A DNA stretch of 64,000 nt, taken from Bugula neritina. Taxonomy: Eukaryota > Animalia > Bryozoa. The position numbers were made by a program, and so were the translations under genes. The notes under the pieces are model-generated. The model did not search any database, was not told where the DNA came from, and saw nothing but the letters and a program-made list of their open reading frames with translations. The stretch's first letter is position 1, and each line of letters opens with the position of its first letter. Location: positions 2,450,741 to 2,514,740 of the forward strand of contig OZ037768.1 of the NCBI GenBank assembly GCA_964035545.1, read 5' to 3'. This document shows positions 29,601-38,685 of the stretch, piece by piece.

Positions 29601-30296
29601 CATTAAATCATTGACTTTGAGTAAAACAATTGAAACAATACTAATTGTAATTGATGCATTTTATGATTATCTTAATAATTATTATTTTAATTTATAGATA
29701 TTTGATATGATAAATACACAATTTGATTATCATTATAAATAATCATTAATGATTAATGACACTTGGTAAATAATCATAAAACTAAAATACAATCCCATTG
29801 TGACTTTTATCATATTTGTTGTTATTATTATTACCTCAGTTTATTATTACCCTATTGTGTATATTATGATAAGGATATTGACACTCATACTGGCTGTGAC
29901 TGCTTAAAACTCAAACTTTGAATCAGACTGAGACTGGCTGCCACACTCAGTCTCACTATCAGTATCACTGACACTATCACACTGACTGTCATGTTCTCTA
30001 CTTAAAAACCCTAAACAAAACAAATCATAATCTAGAGATGAACATTGCTAATTAGTAAATTAGTTTTTTAAGTCAGGTTTAAAAAAATTAGGTAAAGGAG
30101 GAGCAGAAGTCTTTGACAGTCTAAATCATTTTGATTTTAATCTTTCAGGCATCATGTTGTTCTGGTAACACTTTGCAAGGTAGCGTGAGCTCTTTCAGCA
30201 TGCTTTATTTCGTTACGTTGTTTAGGCCTATTATTGAATAAAAAAGCAAAAAATCTTTACCTCTTCGTTTTGCGAAATACAAACTATTGTATCCAT
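14648..30296 (-). CDS. CCDC148: Coiled-coil domain-containing protein 148
   Basis: Exons (minus): 30296-30261 (possible upstream ATG; alternative ATG at 28871), 28928-28778, 28478-28345, 28130-27986, 27775-27658, 27214-27027, 26677-26485, 25991-25887, 24683-24573, 22793-22658, 19959-19819, 19100-18982, 17473-17305, 14887-14648. All phases are consistent. N-terminal KYKQVDYEQL and KEQSMLKQHNAVW and C-terminal PLFDIHTF...SDPRLKLETKLRDAGLHNTDYAR...PKPPRKD match recalled CCDC148 motifs. Confidence 0.92.
14959..14989 (-). mobile_element. Helitron-like 3' terminus (hairpin followed by CTAG-T)
   Basis: Minus strand reads ATATCCA-CAGTGAATAC-TGGATAT-TCG-CTAG-T, a subterminal hairpin and CTRR end typical of Helitrons. 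The 5' end was not established. Confidence 0.35.
16568..16712. repeat. Minisatellite, 18 bp unit TAATACACTATATTATAG, about 8 copies (CCDC148 last intron)
   Basis: Tandem units read directly, with a degenerate AT-rich flank upstream. Confidence 0.85.
22783..22827. repeat. 19-bp tandem duplication GGTCACGATACCTGTAAAA spanning a CCDC148 acceptor
   Basis: Copies at 22783-22801 and 22802-22820, partial third copy at 22821-22827. Confidence 0.9.
22957..23613. mobile_element. Diverged MITE/foldback-like element with about 100-bp imperfect inverted arms
   Basis: 22957-23058 (...AGGATATAGGAAATGGCAGACATGTT...TAATTGCCAACAGAAT) is the approximate reverse complement of 23508-23613 (ATTTTGTTGGCAATTA...ATATGTCTGCCATTTCCTACATCCT...). 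Confidence 0.65.
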
Positions 30297-30339
30297 TCCA
30301 TTTCTTCTCCAAATGATTTTGCGTGAATAACTCTCATTT

Positions 30340-31150
30340 GTTACCAGTGTACATCCGGTATGCAGCTGTAGATTATGCCCATAACACACTACAGTCAAAA
30401 CGCGACTGTGGCGGCCATTTTAGAGCTGCTTGCGCATGCCTTCAACGTCACGTCCTACTTTTTGCTGGTCACACTACAGTTCACTACGAACGATGAAAGC
30501 TAACTGTCTCTAGTCTCGCAGTAAACTTTTAAACCAATAGGAATGCCATAAACCAGTTTCTGCAGTATCCACAGTAACCAACAATTAATCTTAGCGCAAT
30601 TTTTTAAGATTTACTAGCATAATTTAATAAGATTTTCTAGTTATTTTTATTTTAATTTACTAGCTTCAATTATTCAAAATTACTAGCTTTATTTAATGAT
30701 ATTACTTAGCTTTATTCAAGCTCATTCACTAGCCTAAAGAACTAAATAGTACGCTAATAAAATTCAATCAAATTAGAAAAACTAAATATGCAGATAAAAT
30801 TCAGCAAAATTTATCTAATGAATACTTATTTTCATGATTTATTGAAACTTTCATACATAACTTCATCATAATTATTTTAAAAGTAAAATAATATAATTTT
30901 CGAAGAACCAAATCAAATAATAATGCTCGCTAGTAGCACGTGGAAAAAGTAAAAGCACTTAACCAATCAGGGTTTACCTTGCCAGTCAGTGATTGGCTGA
31001 TCGCTCAACTTCAGCGATGACAGTTCGACATGTTGAACTTTCATCGCATCGCGAAAAACTGACAGTTGCGTTCAGTTGTGACGTCACAGAGGTCATCGCT
31101 TAGCCTCGAAAACGCGTTCAAGATGGCCGTTTTGACTGTAGTGTGGCAGC
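30340..31150. promoter_or_regulatory. Bidirectional promoter CCDC148 / zinc-finger gene
   Basis: Two CpG-containing patches between divergent starts. Motifs: YY1-like GCGGCCATTTT (30411-30421) and CAAGATGGCCG (31119-31129), NRF1-like TGCGCATGC (30431-30439), E-box CACGTG (30937), CCAAT boxes (30533, 30963, reverse 30992) and CRE TGACGTCA (31079-31086). Confidence 0.75.
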
Positions 31151-31290
31151 CCCATTACCCTGAAAAGTTTTTGGAATAAATATGAACAACAATGCTTTCA
31201 TTTGTTGCACAAATGACAGCTTTTTAGTAACCAAAAGTACATAAATTTAATCCAAATTATATTTGAACGTTGTAAGGTGACTATATAAGC

Positions 31291-34200
31291 ATGGAACCAG
31301 TTAATACCGAACAATCTATTGGTCGCATACGGCTTACTTTTCCGAAAAGAATTTTTGAGGTATGCCATTTGATGCAGCGGGAAACTGAAGTTCAATTTCT
31401 TGCAGAACCAGGTAGTAATACTATAGAATCAAATAACCATATAAACGTGTACAAGCCTAATGATGAGTATATATCTGTCAGTTTAACCGTTGGTAATTTG
31501 ACTTTTGAAGCTAACGATTTATGCCTTTTTGTGAGCCAAGTCGTTCCCAAAGACCCGCTATTGGTTGCAAACATCTTAAAACAATCCGAAGCAGGTCAAA
31601 CTCAATCATTATCAAATTCAATATCTCACTCTCAATCTCTCTCTGCCTCGAAATCTTACTCAAGTGAAGTTTTGAATATCCTACAAACTGGTGGAAATGA
31701 CTGTGGTAATGAATTTTGTGGTCACGATGAAAGTCAAAATGAAAATCAGGCCAAAAGTAATACTAGTTGTTCCTGTAAAACTTCTACTACGCCTACGGTT
31801 CCTTCTGTGCCTATTGCTGAAACTCACGACAGCCAAGCCAATGATAAAAAAGATGCATTTACTCAAACTGATAGCGTTAATCCTAAGAAGTTTTCACAGT
31901 TGGATGACCTAAATCAACAGTTGGACTTAGTGTTGCAGAAGAACTCGTCTGCTATGACATTGGATATTTCCAGTGCAGATATTTCCACTAGAAAATCTGA
32001 AGGTTTAAGTTGTAACAATATTCAACCTTATTGCAACACTGGTTTAGAAGGCAGAGTTGAAGGTTTTCAAAGTGAATGTCAAGCCCAAGGTGAGACTGAA
32101 TTGTAACGAACTAACACACATTGAGTATTGACTACTCACATTTAGTTTTACTGGTTATTTATTAAGCATAAACAAAATGGAATTCTAAATGCTAGTTAAA
32201 TTTTCCCTATAGCCATAGGCCTATGGCAATGTTATTGAATACAAACATGTATTTATAAGTTGTAACACTGACTGTAAGGGTAGGGTTAGTTATTGCAATG
32301 ACTTTCTTTACTTTAGATAATGAGCTGATAACTCCAAGTGGTAGAAGAATTAGGAAACCTGCTCGGTTTAGAAGTGGTGCTTCTTCAGGTAACCGATAAA
32401 ATGCTTTACCACCTCTAAAATGAAAGACCATTCACTATGCATTGCCAATTACCATTGTTTATACTTTTATTGTATAACTTTATTTCCTAGTTGGCTGGTT
32501 GGGTTTGTTAGTTGCTGCTTTATTTCAAGGTCTTTTCAAGCTGGGTACTTTGTTGCAGTCAAGCTGAAATGTACCAGCGTATTTTGCAATGTTGTTTTTT
32601 ATATTCCTATTTAATAAAATTAATATTATCAATATTTACATTTTTATTTGTTATGCAGCTGATCTAGAGCAAACCTTTCCTGGCGCAGAGCAGATGGGCA
32701 AATCATCTACTCCACAGGTAGGTAGAACATCCTTACAGTATATGTTTATAGTATGCAAAATATTTTGTAATTTGGGAGTTGTTAGCCCATTTTATTTTTA
32801 CAAATGGTTGCGTTTAGGGTATGTTGACTTCTAATTACATAGATCAGCTCTCGAGATAATCCACCAACAGTAGCAGATGTTCATGTCGTACTAGAAAAAC
32901 GTAAGAGGGGACGTCCTCGCAAGCCCCCAACTGAGCATTTTCCTGAAGAAGAAGAGTGTGATAAGAAACCACATGCGGGCCGAGGTAGATGCTCGAGCTA
33001 TCATATGTTCTCTGTCAACAGTTTAATCAGAAAGATGTTTAGTGATTTTCTCTGATGATTCAACTAAGCCTCAAGTTATTTTCAGAGTGAAGACTTCAAA
33101 CTAATTCTTCCCACACGGCTGTGTAGTCAACAGAGACTATTTTATCAATCACTATGACACAGTATCATCACATTATTAAATATTTGGTAACATACTTTAC
33201 AGCCATAGATGAGTGTGTAAAACCTGTCAACTATATAATTACTATGTTTTGGTAAATTGACTGTTGACTATGTAAATTTACCTTAGTTTGGGTGATGCAC
33301 ATTAGCCTGTGTGACTTGTTATCACTGATCACTGAGGAGTTGCATGGCCAATTCTTTGGAATTCGTACTGTTTTATATCAAATCAATAAAGCACCATGTC
33401 ACTGTGAGGGTCACAATGCAACATAACAACTAGCAAATAACAAACAGATATATTATAATTTCTATCGGGCATATCTCACAATCTATATCAATATTTTTGT
33501 GATATTGATCAAATTTCCTTTTAGGGAAAAAGCGGCCGAACTACAAAAGGGAGGCTAATATAGAGTGTAGACTGTGTCATCACATGTATAAAGACGAACT
33601 GTCACTCATTGCCCATCTTCAAAAGCTACACCCTAAGGATCCTAGCATACCGGATTATGTTGCAGAGCTAAAAGAGCGAGCTAAAGTCCAGTGCAAAATT
33701 TGCGGGAAAACTCTTGGAAATAAGTTAGTAAACTAGTCCATGAACATGTGTGTGTCTGTGTGTGTTGCTCTATTCATGTTATTGGTTTTGTTGAACTGTG
33801 CTTTTATAAAAGAAATTCAGCTGTAGATTTTTTTATTATCTCGTAGCATTTTAAGTATAAAACTATGATAATGCTTGCTTTATTGGCAGAGCTGTATTGC
33901 ATCTTGTTTTTTTTTATAACAAAGTACAAGTAATGTAGGTATGGCTGCTGAACATGTGGGTTTATTTAGACGGAATGAGATGGCCAGTCATATGCTCCGA
34001 GTACACGGGAAGGATGATGACTTTGTGTCGAAATGTGAAGAGTGCGGAATGGAGTTTCGACGGAGTTTCCTGCTGAAGGAGCACATAAGACGACAGCACC
34101 CGAAACACGAGAGGATTCTGTGCCATCTGTGTCCTGCCAGCTTCAAGCTGAAGGAGTACCTCACCGAGCACCTCAAGTATACTCACAACAAGCAGTTCAA

Positions 34201-37200
34201 GTGGCAGTGCGATATCTGCCACAAGATGACCTCCTCACCTAAGAATCTCCGACGACACAAGCGACTGCATGAAGGGTCGCAGTATCGCTGCCATGTAAGT
34301 TTCTCTATGTACTCTGAGGCTACAGCTCTGAGGCTAGTAGTTAGCACTAGCTCTGTGTGTGTAATAGGTTAACATGTGAATCAATACCACATGGCTATTA
34401 GTTAGAGTATTATATGAATAACAGTTAGAGTAACATAAAGCTGTATATATATGATACTGTACTGTATATATGATATTGTGCTGTGTATATATGATATTGT
34501 GCTATGTATATATGATACTGTGCTGTGTATATATGATATTGTGCTGTGTATATATGATACTGTGCTGTGTATATATGATACTGTGCTGTGTATATATGAT
34601 ACTGTGCTGTGTATATATGATATTGTGCTGTGTATATATGATATTGTGTTGTGTATATATGATACTGTGTTGTGTATATATGGTACTGTGCTGTGTATAT
34701 ATGATACTGTGCTGTGTATATATGATATTGTGCTGTATATATATGATACTGTGCTGTGTATATATGATATTGTGCTGTGTATATATGATATTGTGTTGTG
34801 TATATATGATACTGTGCTGTGTATATATGGTACTGTGCTGTGTATATATGATACTGTGCTGTGTATATATGATATTGTGCTGTGTATATATGATATTGTG
34901 CTGTATATATATGATACTGTGCTGTGTATATATGATATTGTGCTGTGTATATATGATATTGTGTTGTGTATATATGATATTGTGCTGTGTATATATGATA
35001 TTGTGCTGTGTATATATGATACTGCGCTATGTATATATGATATTGTGCTATGTATATATGATACTGTGCTGTGTATATATGATATTGTGCTGTGTATATA
35101 TGATACTGTGCTGTGTATATATGATATTGTGCTATGTATATATGATACTGTGCTGTGTATATATGATATTGTGCTGTGTATATATGATATTGTGCTGTGT
35201 ATATATGATACTGTGCTGTGTATATATGATGTATCCTCACAGATTTGTGGTAAGATGTTTGGTGAAGCTGGAAACATGAAGAGGCATATACTACACGTGC
35301 ACAACTCTCAACACGTTCCTAAACGCATGTGTCCTCACTGCAACAAAGAGTTCACTACTAAGAATAACTTGATACAGGTAAATTTTCACCTGCTATACTA
35401 GTACAGGTAAACTGTCACCTGCTATACTGATACAGGTATATATAATGTATTACAGTATATTGTATATATAGTGTGTTACAGTATATTGTTTATTGGTATT
35501 ACAGCACATAAATTCTGTGCACCTCAAAACCACCGCCTTCTACTGCGACATCTGCCGCAAGTACTTCCTGCGGAAGAAGCAGCTGATAGAACACGCCGCC
35601 ATCGTACATCCAGGTGTGCCCATTCTGAGTACGAAGATGGATGACGACGTGACTCTAGCGAACCAGGTGGAAGCAACTGCCATGTCTACTGCAAACTTGT
35701 CTTCAGGTACAGATCTGGGTGGTTGGTGCTATAATATAGGCTACATTCCTCCTGCAGTCTGTGTGTAGTGGTGGGCTGTTGGTGTACTACTCCCTAATGG
35801 AGGTTATCTTAGTTTATATAACTTAATAATGTATGTAGGTTGATGTAGGTTATATAGACGTGAGCAGGTTTGTTCAGTAGAGGCTGGCACTGTTGACCAA
35901 GTAGCTGTGGTTAAGTTCGGTGAATTTGTTGCATCGTCAAAGGCATTGTTAGCTGTGTGGACATTCACACTTCAAGTACATCTGGTCATGTGACTTGTTG
36001 TTTTATAGACCAACGTCGTCAGCAGACGTTATCTACTTTGGAGGAAGTAGAGGGCGCTGCTGGCCCATCTACAATAATACTGCAGACTACAGACGGTTCC
36101 GGACACATGATTGTCACTCATCAGGGCCTGGAGGATCAGAATAGCTCCGTGTCACAGTTACAGCAGCATATGGTAGACATGAAGGGAGCCGGCAGCTTGC
36201 ACAGTGCAGTGAATTCTATAGATGTATGTGTAATAGTATCACTATATAGTATAGTATACTCTATAGATGTATGTGTAATAGTATTACTATATAGTATAGT
36301 ATAGTCTATAGATGTATGTGTAATAGTATCACTATATAGTATAGTATACTCTATAGATGTACCTATAATAGTATCACTATATAGTATAGTATACTCTATA
36401 GATGTACGTGTAATAGTATCACTATATAGTATAGTATAGTCTATAGATGTATGTGTAATAGTATCACTATATAGTATAGTATAGTCTATAGATGTATGTG
36501 TAATAGTATCACTATATAGTATAGTACACTCTATAGACTGTGATTTACTCTAACAGATGCTTGATAACGGGACCCCAGCCGAGCCAACCACTACAGATGC
36601 TAGCTTGTCCCTGGTGTCTCAGCAGCCCCTCACATCTACTTCTGTCACGGAACCCGGTCTCTCTTTAGTTGCCCAACAGGCGCTGGCAGCCTTTGAAGCT
36701 GGAGAACTGGACACCTCTGAGTTTGGTGAGTGTCTGCCCCGTCCCCTCTTTGTCTCAGGTTACCTCTGACTCCGCAATTATGTTCCTTCTTTATATTCCA
36801 GCTTCTTTACTTGCATGCAGCTGGCAAATGCAGTAACCATTTAATTTTGTATACTAAGATTTAGGTTTGAATATTTTGATTTAGTAGATGATACTAACGG
36901 AATGAGTTTTTTGACAGGAAAAAAGCAGCTATCCGTTTCGCTATCTACATTATGTACTGCGCAGTTTCCAGGCTGGTGTCAAATTTTATTCTGTAGTTGC
37001 CCTGTCCTCCTAGTATAGTGTACTATAGCATATCATAGAATACCATATCATAGCATACCATAGTATAGCATACCATAGTATAGCATACCATAGTATAGCA
37101 TACCATATCATAGCATACCATAGTATAGCATACCATAGTATAGCATACCATAGTATAGCATACCATAGTATAGCATTACCTGCGAATACACCTGCAGGTC

Positions 37201-37933
37201 CTGACCACTACCTCACAGTCATAGGTGAAGATGGCCAGGAGATTAGAGTGCAGATACTGAGGAAGGATACAGACGGACACCAACACACAGAGCTGATGGT
37301 GAGTTCCCCTCACTGCTGCCTGCTACGAGCCAATTGCTGCTCTTCTTTCCTGGCAGCTGATTACCGGTTTTCAAAATATTTACTGCCCGCCGATACATGG
37401 CCTGATATTTTTGCACATTGCAGGTTTTATGTTTGCTCATTTGATTGGATAAGACACCTTAACGATAATTATGTAGGCATGTACCAGATAGACTGGCAAC
37501 AACATACATACTTCTATTCTTTTTTGTGGTAGAGAAATACTAAACTGATGTAGTCTGCTGGACCTGTGGGCATGTGTCATTATAGCAGCTACGGTTTTCT
37601 CTTCCTCTGATATAGCATTAACACAAGTGTTTGAATTTCTATATTCAGAATATGTATGCTCAAGAAAGTAACGTCACACTAGCGCTTTCTGAGCACGTGC
37701 AAGAGGAAGGCACGTCCCAGCACCACAATGTTGCAGTATCGGCAGCCGCAGGTCATCAGTCAAGGGAGACAACTACTGTTGAGGGTGCGAGAGACGTGGT
37801 GTCCGAACAGGAAGAAGCTAATCGAGTGTTTATTGAAGGTGTGCAGTATGTGAACAATGACCTCAACCAGTTTATAGACCCCCCTACTAATGACAAACAT
37901 CATGAAAAGTCAATGGAGACGGATAATTCTTGA
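31291..37933 (+). CDS. AT-hook and C2H2 zinc-finger protein (about 8 fingers)
   Basis: Exons 31291-32089, 32317-32388, 32659-32717, 32843-32984 (AT-hook KRKRGRPRK), 33525-33723, 33970-34294, 35243-35377, 35505-~35706, 36009-36223, 36557-36725, 37198-37298, 37649-37933 join in frame. Fingers include CEECGMEFRRSFLLKEHIRRQH, CDICHKMTSSPKNLRRHKRLH and CPHCNKEFTTKNNLIQHINSVH. Confidence 0.88.
34442..35230. repeat. Minisatellite, 21 bp unit TGTGCTGTGTATATATGATAY, about 37 copies, filling a zinc-finger intron up to the acceptor
   Basis: Tandem units read directly; source of spurious ORFs 34402-35304, 34425-35240, 34451-35401 and 34470-35279. Confidence 0.97.
35373..35438. repeat. 29-bp tandem repeat triplicating the donor TACAG|GTA
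   Basis: TACAGGTAAATTTTCACCTGCTATACTAG, TACAGGTAAACTGTCACCTGCTATACTGA, TACAGGTA. Confidence 0.8.
36215..36537. repeat. Minisatellite, 45 bp unit containing exon end and donor (TCTATAGAT|GTATGT...), 7 copies plus a partial
   Basis: Units start at 36215, 36260, 36305, 36350, 36395, 36440, 36485 and 36530. Confidence 0.95.
37026..37176. repeat. Minisatellite, 15 bp unit TAGCATACCATAGTA, about 10 copies, before acceptor 37197
   Basis: Tandem units read directly. Confidence 0.9.
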
Positions 37934-38685
37934 AAATATAATTTAGTCGCTACAAATTTGATTTTTTTTTCAACCCTGAAGTTATGTTGCGATTACAGTA
38001 TTAACTTTTTACTAATGCAAGTACGTACGGATGGGACATTTTCTGTTCATGTTCTGAGAAAATGCACTGTAATTGTGTTGTTAATGTTTATTAAATGTAT
38101 ATATTGTTTACTTTACATATTGGTTATTTATAATGCTATAAATAAAATTTATAATATAATTGTAATTCAATCAAAAAGTAACTACTTTGATACTGTTGAG
38201 TAACTATAATATAAATTTTAAACAACTATGTAACAATCGTACAGCTAAGCTTACCTCTCTGATCAGTTTGCTTTATAAGAATTTGCCCTAAAGTATTATT
38301 GATTAAGCCCTAACCAGTTCTATGAACCAGTAAATATGTAATTCAGTAAAAGGCACTCTGGTATTGAAAAGAACTTTCCTAAAAATATAAGTTAGGTGAT
38401 GTCAAAGTGCCAATAAACAAGTGGCTGAATACTACAGATTTTGACTTGGGAAATGTTGCACCCAGTACTAGATAAAACTAACTACAAGTAACCGCGATAT
38501 AAAACTAAGATTGAGCAAATTTTCACCAAGATTGCATCTTGGTTGGAGAAAAGATATACCCGTTATATGAGCAGGGACTTGGTAAAAACGCAATGTGTGA
38601 CGTTAGGGTGTGCCAAGAATTGCATAGCTAGCAGTACTAAGATTGTCAAGAAAATAAAGTACGAGAAAATATAAGGATGTCTGTG

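Noticed and set aside
34402-35401. Four overlapping 270-316 aa repetitive ORFs
   Set aside because: They are translations of a stop-free 21-bp intronic minisatellite on both strands; only the 3' end of 34451-35401 is a real exon.
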